DNA of 64,000 nt from an uncultured Nitrospiraceae bacterium (GCA_964412455.1 CAYPOT010000011.1:3822-67821); one strand, 5' to 3'. Positions 16,886-27,508 are shown, counted from the first letter of the stretch. The notes: generated from the sequence alone by a model not told the origin. Made by a program: numbers and translations.

Positions 16886-17734
16886 ATGAAGACTCTTTGC
16901 AGCGCACTGGTGATGTTTGCGGTAGGCATCGGCGGCGCCATGGCCACCTCGCCGGCGAGCGCCATCGACAATAGTGCCATCGGAAAACCCGAATTCCGGG
17001 AGCACAAAGCCACCTATGGGCTGGTGTACCGCTTGCCCAAGGACGTGACGAACATCCTCGATAACAAGATCTACCCGTTGCTGCGCGCGCGACTGGTGGC
17101 GCTGGGCCTTGCCGACGAGGCGCGTACCTTCAACCTGCAGCATGTAACGGTTATACAACTGCACAGCGCTGATCCGACGACGCCGGCGAAAATGCTGAAA
17201 GCGCTCCCCAAGGCGCCGGCAGTGCTGAACCTCACCCTGAAAGGGTTTTACAACACCGAGGCCTCCAAGGGTGCGGGCGCTCCGTGGTGGTTCGACCTGG
17301 GCGTGGTGAAAAGCGGGCAGGGCTACACGGCGATGATGTCTTACAACACCCTGGCCACCGCCGCGCTCACGCCGTTGCGCGACGGCCCCCTGCCCCGCTG
17401 CACCGGGCCTGTCTACGCCAACATGAGCGACGCCGCGAAGGAGCTCACGCGCACCGCTGGTGTGAACGGTGTCAACGTGATCAAAGACGGCAAGGAGACC
17501 GCCTCGTACAATCCGCACAACACCCTTGTGTACAGCATGACCAGGTACGACGAACGTCTGCAAGCTGCGATGAAGGCCGTTGCCGACGAGATGAACAGGG
17601 TCCTGCCCGACGGCATCACGACGCAGTTCAAGGACATGTCGATCGTCGAAATCGGCTTTATGGGCAACGTGCTGCGCGAGTTTTATCGCATCAACCTCGA
17701 GGACGGCGCTGCGTGGGATACCTCCAGTCCGTAG
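16886..17734 (+). CDS. Exported protein with two H-x-T-x motifs (possible 2H phosphoesterase)
   Basis: Signal peptide MKTLCSALVMFAVGIGGAMATSPASA. QHVTVIQL and PHNTLVYS are spaced about 117 aa apart. Confidence 0.45.
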   Translation: MKTLCSALVMFAVGIGGAMATSPASAIDNSAIGKPEFREHKATYGLVYRLPKDVTNILDNKIYPLLRARLVALGLADEARTFNLQHVTVIQLHSADPTTPAKMLKALPKAPAVLNLTLKGFYNTEASKGAGAPWWFDLGVVKSGQGYTAMMSYNTLATAALTPLRDGPLPRCTGPVYANMSDAAKELTRTAGVNGVNVIKDGKETASYNPHNTLVYSMTRYDERLQAAMKAVADEMNRVLPDGITTQFKDMSIVEIGFMGNVLREFYRINLEDGAAWDTSSP

Positions 17735-18010
17735 GTCGGGCAGAAGAAGGTTGAGAAAGTTCGGGTCTGGAAAGAAGAAGCAGTTGGCGCGGCAGGGTGG
17801 GCTGTTGCGGAAGCATCTGCGCCTTATCGCGCAAAGCGTGTTATCAGCAAGGGTGCGCGTTAGAAACAAGAAATGTCAAAAGGAAAGACCTGGTCATAGG
17901 TCCGGTCTATGCAACAAAAGAGACCTGACCGTTCGCAAGGGGTTCCCTAAAAAGACTTGACAGGCACGTCTTAAAAGTATACACTTCAGGTGTACACTTA
18001 GGAGGACGGC

Positions 18011-18250
18011 ATGAAGACCGCAACGGCAAAAGAACTTCGGAACCATGGATCGGCCATTCTCAAGCGTGTCAGGAACGGCGATGAAGTGGTCATCACCATG
18101 CGGGGGAAATCCATCGCTGTTCTGAAGCCGCTCGGCGAGCCCGACAAACCGTTCAGTCCCGCGGGGTTCGGCATCTGGAGGGGCCGGAAGGAGACAGCGG
18201 ACGTGAAACGCTGGCTTGATCAGCGGCGGGAACATCGGTATCACCGATGA
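18011..18250 (+). CDS. Phd/YefM-type antitoxin
   Basis: 79 aa. ATAKELRNHGSAILKRVRNGDEVVITMRGKSIAVLKPL. Overlaps the downstream PIN gene by 4 nt. Confidence 0.7.
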   Translation: MKTATAKELRNHGSAILKRVRNGDEVVITMRGKSIAVLKPLGEPDKPFSPAGFGIWRGRKETADVKRWLDQRREHRYHR

Positions 18251-18630
18251 TCTTCGATACCGATGTTCTGATCTGGTATTTCCGGGGCAATCAAAAAGCA
18301 AAGGAGTTCATCTCCAGCGTTCCGTACGGGGACCGGCAGGTGAGCTCCTTTTGCATTATGGAGCTGGTGCAAAGCTGCCGGGACCGGCAGGAAGTGCGCA
18401 CCGTCAAGGAATTCATCCGTGATAACTTCGCCGGCGTCATTCATCCCGATGATCATATTTCGGAAAAGGCGATTTCACTGCTCGAAATACACTCGGGACC
18501 GGACGGGCTGAGGACGATCGACGCGCTCATGGCGGCAACCGCTCTGCGGGAAGATGACACGCTCGCTACCGCGAACCATAAACACTTCAAGAAGATCGCG
18601 GGGCTGGATATCCGGAAGTTTGCGCCGTGA
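18247..18630 (+). CDS. vapC: PIN-domain toxin VapC
   Basis: 127 aa. MIFDTDVLIWYFRG...DALMAATAL... Confidence 0.8.
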   Translation: MIFDTDVLIWYFRGNQKAKEFISSVPYGDRQVSSFCIMELVQSCRDRQEVRTVKEFIRDNFAGVIHPDDHISEKAISLLEIHSGPDGLRTIDALMAATALREDDTLATANHKHFKKIAGLDIRKFAP

Positions 18631-18844
18631 AAGGGTGAAATGAGTTGCCGCACGCGTTTGAAGCGGGGAATGCCAAGCTGCAGGACCTGACCCTCAGGGG
18701 TCGCAAGTCTGACCCGGCACCGGCCCTAGGATAACCTAATTTTCTAAGACTGACCCCCGAGGCGCCCCAAAGAGCGCTTCCTTTTGGTTCAGATTTTATG
18801 TTATTATCCGGTTAAAGGCAATCGTGAAGAGGGAGGTGAATACT

Positions 18845-19075
18845 ATGAAGTTTACGCGTATAACAGTAAACCCCGATCAGATGGGTGGCGCGCCATGCAT
18901 TCGCGGTTTGCGCATCCCGGTGGCGACCGTCGTCGGCATGGTGGCGGACGATATGACCGAAGCCGAAATTTTGAAAGCATACCCAGACCTCGTGCACGAG
19001 GACATCCGGGAAGCCCTTCAGTACGCCGCTGAAGCCGTGCGGGAGCGTGAATTGCCGCTGGTGAATGTGGCGTGA
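18845..19075 (+). CDS. DUF433-family antitoxin-like protein
   Basis: ATG 18845 after [27 protein letters not shown]...[10 protein letters not shown]. Confidence 0.75.
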   Translation: MKFTRITVNPDQMGGAPCIRGLRIPVATVVGMVADDMTEAEILKAYPDLVHEDIREALQYAAEAVRERELPLVNVA

Positions 19076-19452
19076 AGTTTCTCATCGACAACGCGTTGTC
19101 TCCCCTGGTTGCTGACGGTCTTCGCAAAGCCGGTCATGACGCCGTGCACGTGCGGGATTATGGCATGCATGCCGCCGATGATGCTGCCATCATGGAAAGG
19201 GCGAAAAATGAGGATCGAATTGTCGTTTCTGCCGATACTGACTTTGGCACTCTTCTGTCCCTGCGAAAGGAGAGTCAGCCATCGGTAATCCTCTTCCGCC
19301 GCGGAGCAGAACGTAGACCGGAAAAGCAGATTGCCCTTCTTTTGGCAAACCTTCCGGCAATCGATGCTGATTTAAAGCGAGGCAGCGTTGCCGTGTTTGA
19401 GCAATCACGCGTTCGTGTCCGATTACTGCCCATCGGACGGGAAGAAACGTAA
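19072..19452 (+). CDS. DUF5615 (PIN-like) toxin-like protein
   Basis: 126 aa. [11 protein letters not shown]...GHDAVHVRD...VSADTDFG. Its start overlaps the DUF433 stop. Confidence 0.7.
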   Translation: MKFLIDNALSPLVADGLRKAGHDAVHVRDYGMHAADDAAIMERAKNEDRIVVSADTDFGTLLSLRKESQPSVILFRRGAERRPEKQIALLLANLPAIDADLKRGSVAVFEQSRVRVRLLPIGREET

Positions 19453-19825
19453 ACTGATTTTCAATACACTTGGTGCCATCGATTCCATTCAGTACTCCGT
19501 AATTGAAGAAACCCCCTTGAAGTTCTTGCGTTTTTCAGTAATTTGCCCTATTCTCGTCCTGTCAAAACATTCAACCCTTCATGCGTTGCTCAAATTCTAA
19601 ACCATGCCAATTGGCTTCACAGGGAACCGTGTTTAAGAGGCATGGGATGCTGCGGATTCATGAGATCGGCGGCTGGAAATTTCTTAATTCACATTTCCGA
19701 CTTCTTACCTGGTTTCAGGGCGGCGTAGGTGATGTCAAGCAGCAAGACCCTATGGGTTCGCTACAGGAAAGCAAGCATAGAAGCATAGAAACAATGTCCC
19801 CAAATGTTCCTTGACCCATGCCCCT

Positions 19826-20386
19826 ATGATGAAGACCGCGATCATCGACATCGACAATACGCTCTGGCAGTTCTGTGATGCCTTCTACGAGGAGCTGAAG
19901 AAGATCAACCGCGCGTTCCCGCGGCCGGAAGCGTGGACGACCTGGAACTTCTTCGAAGGCTACTGCACGGAAGAGCAGTTCCTGGAAGCCGTGGACGCGG
20001 TCCATGTGCGGCAGGACAGCGACGAGCACCAGCCCTATCCTGAAGCGAAGGGTTTCCTTGGGTCTCTCAAGGAGCAGGGTTACCGGGTGATCATTGCAAG
20101 CCACCGAAGGACGGAAATGCGGGGACCGACAGAGCGGTGGCTCGAGCGACACGGGCTGGAACACGACGAGCTGCATCTCTCGTTCGACAAGACCGTGCTA
20201 TTCAAGGACGCGGCAGTGGTGGTGGACGATGCGCCGCAGACCCTGCAGAAGGCGGTGGAGCACGAGGCGATCGGGGCGGGGCTGCTCTTTCCCTGGAACC
20301 GCGATCATGCTGGAAACGGATTTGGTTTGTTTAAGAACTTGGACGAAGTGATGAAGTATATAATGGCTAAGCGTCCTTCTTCATAA
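19826..20386 (+). CDS. HAD-superfamily hydrolase (5'-nucleotidase-like)
   Basis: IIDIDNTLW is the DxDxT motif I. ATG 19826 is preferred over TTG 19811. Confidence 0.6.
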   Translation: MMKTAIIDIDNTLWQFCDAFYEELKKINRAFPRPEAWTTWNFFEGYCTEEQFLEAVDAVHVRQDSDEHQPYPEAKGFLGSLKEQGYRVIIASHRRTEMRGPTERWLERHGLEHDELHLSFDKTVLFKDAAVVVDDAPQTLQKAVEHEAIGAGLLFPWNRDHAGNGFGLFKNLDEVMKYIMAKRPSS

Positions 20387-20390
20387 CTTT

Positions 20391-20478
20391 TACTTCATAA
20401 TTCTTAATTGGTTTAAGGGAGAGAAGGGAAGAGCGGGAAGCAGGGGGCTGGCAAGAAAGTAGACCTGACGCTCAGGGT
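20391..20478 (+). repeat. Composite repeat D/E, partial copy
   Basis: TACTTCATAATTCTTAATTGGTTTAAGGGAGAGAAGGGAAGAGCGGGAA is shared with 16672-16720. Confidence 0.85.
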
Positions 20479-20501
20479 CTCTTGCGGCACAAGGAGACAG
20501 G

Positions 20502-21584
20502 ATGGGGCATATCGAGCTGGAAGTGAAGGACTGGGTGATGGCACTGAGCATTCTGGCCGCGGCGATCGTGGGCGGCCTGATACTGCATCTGGCGGTGTTT
20601 GCGGTCCTCAAGCGCATCGCCGGAACGACCGGCAGCATCATCGATGACGCCCTTATCCGGCACGGGCGGAGGCCGGCGCGGGTGCTCATTCCCCTGATGA
20701 CCGTCTTGGCGGTCCTTCCGTTCCTGGCGATCTCCGAAGAGCTCGTCGCCGTGGGCCGGCACGGGGTAATTCTGGGGCTGATCGCGACCGTAGCCTGGCT
20801 GGTCATCAGCCTCACGAACGTCTTCGACGACGTGGTGTTCTCGAAATACCGGGTCGATACGCAGGACAATCTCGCGGCGCGGCAGGTCCGGACAAAGACC
20901 TACGTGCTTCGCCGCGTCGCCGTGATCGCGATCACCGTGTTCGCCCTGTCGGTCATGCTCATGACCTTTCCTGCCATCCGCAACGTGGGCATCAGTCTCT
21001 TCGCCTCTGCGGGCGTGGCCGGCCTGGTGATCGGCATGGCCGCGCGGCCTATGCTGTCGAACCTCATCGCCGGCATCCAGATAGCCCTGACCCAGCCCAT
21101 CAGCATCGACGACGTGGTGATCGTCGAGGGGGAGTGGGGAAAGATCGAGGAGATCAGCTCCACCTACGTCGTCGTGCGCATCTGGGACCTGCGGCGGATG
21201 GTGCTCCCGCTCACCTATTTCATGGAGAAGCCCTTCCAGAACTGGACGCGCCGGACCGCCGATATCCTGGGCACGGTCTTTCTCTATACGGATTACACCC
21301 TTCCCGTGGAAGAAGTGCGGCAGGAGCTTCACCGCGTGCTCCAGGCATCGAAGCTCTGGGACGGAAAGACCTGGGGGCTGCAGGTGACGAATGCCACGGA
21401 GCACACAATAGAGCTGCGCGCGCTCATGAGCGCGCCCGATGCCAGCACGGCCTGGGACCTGCGCTGCGCCGTGCGGGAGAAGCTGATCGGGTTCCTCCAG
21501 GAAAAATATCCGCAGAGCCTTCCCCGGGTGCGGGCCGAGCTCGGCGGGAAGCAGAAAGGCACGGGCACGGGAGAAGGGGCATGA
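20502..21584 (+). CDS. MscS-family mechanosensitive channel
   Basis: 360 aa, N-terminal TM helices. NLIAGIQIALTQPISIDDVVIVEGEWGKIEEISSTYVVVR is the MscS pore/beta-domain signature. Confidence 0.85.
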   Translation: MGHIELEVKDWVMALSILAAAIVGGLILHLAVFAVLKRIAGTTGSIIDDALIRHGRRPARVLIPLMTVLAVLPFLAISEELVAVGRHGVILGLIATVAWLVISLTNVFDDVVFSKYRVDTQDNLAARQVRTKTYVLRRVAVIAITVFALSVMLMTFPAIRNVGISLFASAGVAGLVIGMAARPMLSNLIAGIQIALTQPISIDDVVIVEGEWGKIEEISSTYVVVRIWDLRRMVLPLTYFMEKPFQNWTRRTADILGTVFLYTDYTLPVEEVRQELHRVLQASKLWDGKTWGLQVTNATEHTIELRALMSAPDASTAWDLRCAVREKLIGFLQEKYPQSLPRVRAELGGKQKGTGTGEGA

Positions 21585-21796
21585 TCCGTTGAACGGCTTC
21601 GATTGCCTGCCGAGGGGGGATGTTCCGATCGCGGATGCAGATTGCAAGCTGTTCTCTGAGCTTTGAACTCAAAACGATGAACTTGATTTTACTGTCCCCT
21701 GGACCCTGGACCCTGAACTTTGACCCATGACCCATGACCCTGAAGTGATAGGCAGAAGGGGGAGGAGTAGGTGTGGGAGGGGAATGCCAAAATAAA

Positions 21797-21859
21797 AGAC
21801 CTGACCCTATCGGTGCTTGACCCTATCGGTGCTATCGGTGCTATCGGCTTCTATCGGCT
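21797..21859 (+). repeat. GACCTGACCC core followed by tandem CTATCGGTG units
   Basis: Read directly. It abuts the truncated 3' end of the IS21 transposase ORF. Confidence 0.85.
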
Positions 21860-22655
21860 ACTGCACAAGTTGGACCCCGGCCTCCACTTTTGCTTTGTCT
21901 TTGGGCTTTCTGACACGTGCGGGAATCACCGCGGCTCCATAGTGAACCGCCAGTTCCTGATAGGTGCGATTGATGCCAGGCTCATAGCGACAAGCCTTTG
22001 TGATGCCGCTCAGTAAATTATCAGGAACCAGGATCTCGGGCACGCCGCCGATAAACTCAAGGGTACGGACATGGGAGCCGATCCAGTCCGGAAGCCCCTG
22101 GGTATACGTTGCCTCGGCATACGTGAAGTTGCTGGCGCCCAGAACGGCCACGAAGACCTGGCACGCGTGGACCTCACCGGAAGACTGATCAATGACCGGA
22201 ACCGTCTGGCCGCAGTAATCAACAAACAGCTTCTCACCAGCGAGGTGAACTTGGCGCATGGAAATATCGAGCTTTTTCGCATAGGCGCGATAGAGGTCCG
22301 CGAAGTGGCTGTATTGATAGCCCTCGGGATAATGCGCTTTGTATTCGTCCCAGAGAAGTGTCAGGGTGACACTCTTTCGTGCAAGCTCCCGGTGGATGTC
22401 AGCCCAGACAGGAAGTGGTCGTGGGGTATCTAAAACAATGACAGGAGGGTAGAGCAGATGCTCAAGAGCGGCATCGTCCAGCTCTGCCGACAGTGGCCAA
22501 GACAGTCCGGCCTGTCTTGCACGTTTTGTATACTCGTCAACGGTGCTTCTGGCTATTCCACAGCTTTTGGCTATGGCGCGACGGCCTTGGCCGCATGACC
22601 ATTTGAGGCGGAGAACTTCCTTGATTGTTCGCATGGGTATTCTTTCTCTCGTCAT
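21858..22655 (-). pseudogene. istA: IS21-family transposase (IstA), 3'-truncated
   Basis: 265 aa with an HTH (RRAIAKSCGIARSTV) and the start of the DDE core (DYCGQ...VAVLGASN...). It lacks the C-terminal part expected for IstA, no istB follows, and it ends in a microsatellite. Confidence 0.7.
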
Positions 22656-22753
22656 CCTGTCTCCTTAAAAGCGATTTTTAAGGGGTCAGAATAGACGAAT
22701 CAGTAGAATTAACCCAGCGTTGTTTTATGCGTTAGAGGGTGCCCGAAATCGAA

Positions 22754-22809
22754 CGGAATGGTGGCCTGAATTGCAGCGGAATGGGTGCCTGAATTGGAGC
22801 GGAATACCC
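22754..22809. mobile_element. IS21-type terminal multi-repeat (left end of the IS remnant)
   Basis: A 23-bp unit CGGAATGGTGGCCTGAATTGCAG is repeated 2.4 times directly upstream of istA. IS21-family ends are known to carry such repeated transposase-binding sites. Confidence 0.5.
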
Positions 22810-22810
22810 A

Positions 22811-22983
22811 AGTACGAAAGGCAAATATATCAAAAGAATGCCTATCGTGTGCTTTTAACAAGGGCGCGTCAGGGAATGGTAATCGTGGTCCCACATGGAG
22901 ATGCTGCTGATCATACCCGGAATCCCACTTTTTATGATGCGACTTACAAGTATCTCTGCGAGATAGGGTTTACCGTTATTTAG
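22811..22983 (+). pseudogene. C-terminal fragment of an SF1-helicase-like (DUF2075-type) gene
   Basis: Only ...YQKNAYRVLLTRARQGMVIVVPHGD... remains. Upstream sequence in the same frame is the IS end. Confidence 0.5.
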
Positions 22984-22994
22984 TAAGGAGACAA

Positions 22995-23396
22995 ATGGTA
23001 GAAGAATATTGTGTGATATGTGGTTGTGAGCTGCACCGAAGCGGGGAATACGCAAAACCTACGGTTAAGGGCCGCTCTCATGCGACAAAGCATCATTTTG
23101 TCGCTGAACGGTTCTTCGGGCGCTCAACGAACCGCCGCGGCACGCAGCGCGACCCGATCTTCAAGACCTGCCCTTGGGATGTGGAAGGGGAGTCCGCTGC
23201 TTTCTGCTACGAATGCCACGAAGAGCTGATCCATAATCCCGTATTCCTTCCTGAGGACGTCAGGGCTTTTGCCGAGCTGGTAAGATCAAGAAAGCTGCAC
23301 GAGGTCAGCAAGTCATCCCGCCGATCCAAGATCGCCGGCAGGATCAAGCTGCTGCAAGGACATCTTAGCATCTTAGGGTCAGGTCTTGACATTTGA
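22995..23396 (+). CDS. HNH-like zinc-finger nuclease-family protein
   Basis: CVICGCELH...HATKHHFV...CYECHEELIHN gives a Cys/His arrangement of HNH type. The last about 12 codons are encoded by a repeat. Confidence 0.45.
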   Translation: MVEEYCVICGCELHRSGEYAKPTVKGRSHATKHHFVAERFFGRSTNRRGTQRDPIFKTCPWDVEGESAAFCYECHEELIHNPVFLPEDVRAFAELVRSRKLHEVSKSSRRSKIAGRIKLLQGHLSILGSGLDI

Positions 23397-23513
23397 CATT
23401 CGCTTTTATTAAGTCTTGTAAGTGGAAATTCTATATCGGTTGCGGACATCGTAGGGCCAGAGTCTTTTTTCCCTGATAGTATGCCGCACGGCCCGATCAT
23501 TTTGAGAGAGATT

Positions 23514-23858
23514 ATGTATTGCCCTAAATGCAGAACCGAATTCAGAAAGGGATTTGACACGTGCTCGGACTGTGAAATTCCGCTGGTTGACGAATTGCCA
23601 CCCGAGCCGCCGAAAGAGCCGGAGCCGGAATATGTGGAATACGTGAATCTGCTTTCTACCTATAACCAGGCCGATATCGCACTCATCAAATCCATTTTTG
23701 ACGGTGAGGATATTACCTACTTTTTCCAGGGTGAGAACTTTGCTTATCTGTTGGTCCAGCCGACGAAGCTGATGGTGAGCAAGGACGATGTCGATCGCGC
23801 GAAAGAACTTATGATGGAGTTGAACCTTAATTATCGATTTTTTTCCGGGACATCTTAG
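23514..23858 (+). CDS. Zinc-ribbon plus DUF2007-like protein
   Basis: MYCPKCRTEF...CSDCEIPLV, followed by a small alpha/beta domain (ADIALIKSIFDGEDI...DVDRAKELM). Confidence 0.5.
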   Translation: MYCPKCRTEFRKGFDTCSDCEIPLVDELPPEPPKEPEPEYVEYVNLLSTYNQADIALIKSIFDGEDITYFFQGENFAYLLVQPTKLMVSKDDVDRAKELMMELNLNYRFFSGTS

Positions 23859-24010
23859 GGACATCTTAGGCGGGAACAACTTAGGGTCAAGTAATGAATG
23901 GGGTCAGACGTAAATCTGTAGTTATGACGATCAGCATGCGGAACAAGGAGGCGGGCGTGATGAAAAGCGTACTATGCTATTACATTGACCGATGAAAGAT
24001 TCTATAGTAA

Positions 24011-24648
<638 letters not shown>

Positions 24649-24689
24649 CGAACATCCTGGGGTTGGATTGGACTCTTTCCTGGCAGTTT

Positions 24690-24819
24690 GCTGAAAAAGT
24701 CCTGATTTGTCATTGCGAGGAGCGTTTTTTGCGACGCGGCAATCTCGAAGTGCTTGATAATATTAAATACGAGTTTGCTTCGCTTCGCTCGCAAAGACAG
24801 GAAAAAGACTTTTTCAGCG
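24690..24819. repeat. Palindromic repeat family G, copy 2
   Basis: TGTCATTGCGAGGAGCG...GCGGCAATCTCGA...CTCGCAAAGACA, with an outer palindrome CTGAAAAAGTC / GACTTTTTCAG. Confidence 0.75.
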
Positions 24820-25145
24820 GCCTGCTAGAAGCATACCAGAGAGCTTAACCCTCTCTGGTATGCTGAGGTACCTTCATATGATTATCAGACTTAAATATTG
24901 AGATTCGGCAGTAGAGGGTCAGGTTTGAGTTCGTGAGTTGTTGTCCTCTTCCCTGTCCGCGATACAGGCGGCCACGACCTCTTCCGGTTCAAGGACGAAT
25001 CCCTCGAAGCCTCTGACAACCAGCCCGATCCCGATGTCCTCATTTTCTCTTCTCTCAGTTCTGCCACACACACAATTCCCGCAGACATCAGGGTCTATAC
25101 TGTTGGACTTTTGGTAAAACTCCCGGCGATGGGCTCAGGTCTTGC

Positions 25146-25334
25146 CAGGCGGTTGAAAAACCAATTACGCAGGCTAAAGCAGCTCGACTGAGCGCCTCGA
25201 CTGAGCTCGTCGAAGTCTCGCCGAAGTCCTGCGGCTGCCAAATCGTAACGCGTCGATATTATAATTGGCAGCCAGCACCGCGCAGGTTGTCCTTGACATG
25301 TAGCCACGTAATAGTATAATGTATACACACGCAG
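25146..25334 (+). repeat. Repeat family F, copy 1 (carries an orphan promoter)
   Basis: Near-identical to 25773-25948 apart from a 13-nt internal duplication. Confidence 0.9.
25293..25320 (+). promoter_or_regulatory. Consensus sigma-70 promoter inside repeat F1, with no obvious gene downstream
   Basis: TTGACA, 16 nt, then TATAAT, read directly. Confidence 0.6.
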
Positions 25335-25772
25335 CACCGTGCGAGGCACCTCCCGGCCAGGTCTTTTATTTTGACATCTCCCTGTTTTGCTTCCATTGTT
25401 CCTTCATGAACAGCCCCCTTCGGGAACATCAGGGTCGACTATTTGCTTTCAAGGCGGGCGAAAAGGAGAAAAAAATGCGCGAAATAGTGTCTCAAGGCTC
25501 ATGGAGAAGATCGGGACGATCATGGGGATAGATGGGGTCAGACTTAAAACATGAGATGTTGAGAGCCTGCAGGGCCAGTTCTACGTTATTGCTACCGGGA
25601 TATTTCCGACCAGTCATCGTGTTGGAATGACGTGAAGGCAGTCCAGACCCTAAGCGTTTCAAACCTGCGCTGACCGCAGCAACCTGATCCCTCCCGTACT
25701 CTGCCTGATGGATAACCGCTATCACCACCTGCTCTGCACCGCTTTGTGAGACCGTCTGGGGTCAGACATGAT

Positions 25773-25948
25773 CAGGCTGTTGAAAAACCAATTACGCAGG
25801 CTAAAGCAGCTCGACTGAGCTCGTCGAAGTCTCGCCGAAGTCCTGCGGCTACCAAATCGTAACGCGTCGATATTATAATTGGCAGCCAGCACCGCGCAGG
25901 TTGTCCTTGACATGTAGCCACGTAATAGTATAATGTATACACACGCAG
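25773..25948 (+). repeat. Repeat family F, copy 2
   Basis: See 25146-25334. Confidence 0.9.
25907..25934 (+). promoter_or_regulatory. Consensus sigma-70 promoter inside repeat F2, driving the VapB-like/PIN pair
   Basis: TTGACA, 16 nt, then TATAAT. ATG 25966 lies 31 nt downstream, after GGAAGGAGG. Confidence 0.7.
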
Positions 25949-25965
25949 AACAGGAAGGAGGGGCC

Positions 25966-26163
25966 ATGCAGACCGCAACGAAAAAGACCGCTAAACATTT
26001 CAGGCTTGATGCAGCGACGATCAAAAGCGCGCAGAAGATACTCGGGACCAAGACGGAGACCGAGGCCATCGAAACAGCGCTTGCCGAGGTCATCTACCAG
26101 GAAAAGATGAGAAAGTTCATCGAGCAAACTGCCGGTAAATACAAGTTCGAGGGCCTTCGTTGA
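25966..26163 (+). CDS. Type II antitoxin, VapB-like
   Basis: 65 aa. KHFRLDAATIKSAQKILGTKTETEAIETAL. Overlaps the PIN gene by 4 nt. Confidence 0.6.
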   Translation: MQTATKKTAKHFRLDAATIKSAQKILGTKTETEAIETALAEVIYQEKMRKFIEQTAGKYKFEGLR

Positions 26164-26582
26164 AACCGAAGGCTGTTCCCGATACTTCCTTTTTGGTCGA
26201 GCACTTCCGAAAAGAAACGGTGCAGGAAGCATTTCTGGACCTTACCCGCTATTATCACCTGTCTTTCAGTCCAGTTGTGCTCATGGAACTGCGCGCTGGC
26301 GCCTTCGATCCGAAGGAACAGAAGCTTATCGACCAGATCGAGAGGAACTTCACCGTCCTGTCGGTGAGCGGGCGTCAATGGTCTGTTTGCGGCGAGATCA
26401 TGATGAAGCTGAGACGGGACAAGAAGATCGACCGTGAGCGTGAGCGGATCAAAGGACTCCTGGCAGACATCCTGATCGCGGTATCGGTCAGGGACACTGG
26501 CGCTGTCCTCATCACGAAAAATGAAAAGGACTTCAAACTTATCCGCGAAGTGTACGATTTCAAATATGTCGCGGTTGATTGA
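26160..26582 (+). CDS. PIN-domain toxin
   Basis: 140 aa, TTG start. VPDTSFLVEHF...LADILIAVSVRDTGAVLITKNEKDF. Confidence 0.7.
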   Translation: MKPKAVPDTSFLVEHFRKETVQEAFLDLTRYYHLSFSPVVLMELRAGAFDPKEQKLIDQIERNFTVLSVSGRQWSVCGEIMMKLRRDKKIDRERERIKGLLADILIAVSVRDTGAVLITKNEKDFKLIREVYDFKYVAVD

Positions 26583-26972
26583 TGCTATCACGTTGTATCC
26601 AGGGCAGAGAGGGCAGAGAGGGCAGAGGGTCAGGCTCGAGTTCGTGAGTTGTTGCAACGTCCTAGGGTCAGGTCATTTATTTTGACATTCTCCGTTTTCT
26701 CTGCTAGCGTTCTCGCCTGTCCCGTCCTTTCGCAGAAGATCCTGTTGCGTCCGATGTTGATTAATTTACTCTGATGCGATATATTTTGTGTGTTATCCAG
26801 TCCTGAGGAGATGATATATTATAAGCCTGTCTTGGATACAACGTTATCCACAACGTGTCAATCCAGAGGTTGTCCCCGGGTGTTCCCCGAAACAAGACAG
26901 GATAGCGTGCTGGTATGGCTTTAGCTGTAGAGAGAAAATGCTGTATATACTTTAGAAACGTGAGGTGTTGTC

Positions 26973-27311
26973 ATGGCGGAGACTTTTAAAAGGATGAAGA
27001 TTAAAGTTATTATCATCGGCATCGCAGCCTGCTTCCTCGCAGGGTTGTACAGTTACTTTATCGCGGACACCATAACGACAAGGATAACCGATGCGCAGAT
27101 GATGAAGGTGGATGGAAAGTTTATGATCGCTACCGAGGATCGGCCCTTTGTCAATTACGACGCGAAATACCGACTCAAGTTAAATTCCGGCACCGTGCAG
27201 AACGACGCCATAAAGTTGCGGGGAAAGCTGGTTAAGATCAGGAAATACGGATGGCGCATACCCATCTTCTCTCAGTACGAGAATGTGGTGAAGATCGAGG
27301 AGGTGAAGTAG
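26973..27311 (+). CDS. Membrane-anchored hypothetical protein (DUF1523-like?)
   Basis: 112 aa, one N-terminal TM segment. The family assignment is from memory only. Confidence 0.4.
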   Translation: MAETFKRMKIKVIIIGIAACFLAGLYSYFIADTITTRITDAQMMKVDGKFMIATEDRPFVNYDAKYRLKLNSGTVQNDAIKLRGKLVKIRKYGWRIPIFSQYENVVKIEEVK

Positions 27312-27508
27312 GAAAGATCACGGTGACGTCATGTCCTGCGTTGACGTTTGTCTTAGATAGTATGGTTATCTGGGACCGTCTGGGGTCAGACCTGATATCC
27401 TGACTAACTGCTATTTTTCCAGTCCCTCTGTGTCAATATAAGTGAAACGTCGTGGGCTCAGGTCTATACTGTTTAACTTTCATTTTTCTGCCTGATAATC
27501 TTATCGCC

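Noticed and set aside
19453-19810. AT-richer 360-nt spacer that might hide a gene or RNA
   Set aside because: No ORF with an RBS, no recognisable RNA motif and no hairpin or terminator was found by eye. It is probably a decayed remnant of foreign DNA.
20472-21647. 391-aa minus-strand ORF, and similar long antisense ORFs at 16844-17869, 38485-39345, 6215-6874 and 19715-20176
   Set aside because: All overlap better-supported genes on the opposite strand and have a low-complexity Arg/His/Gly/Pro-rich composition.
21858-22810. Active IS21 element
   Set aside because: The transposase ORF stops after about 265 codons inside a microsatellite, there is no istB helper gene, and no right end was identified. 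It is treated as a remnant.
23377-23402. GGGTCAGGTC...TTGACATTC motif as a standard sigma-70 promoter
   Set aside because: TTGACA is present, but no consistent -10 hexamer follows at 16-18 nt in the four reverse-orientation copies, and the downstream genes differ in orientation.
25319-25531. 70-aa ORF downstream of the orphan promoter in repeat F1
   Set aside because: It has no Shine-Dalgarno sequence, its start lies inside the promoter -10 region, and its composition is not protein-like. The region is better viewed as non-coding or a decayed remnant.
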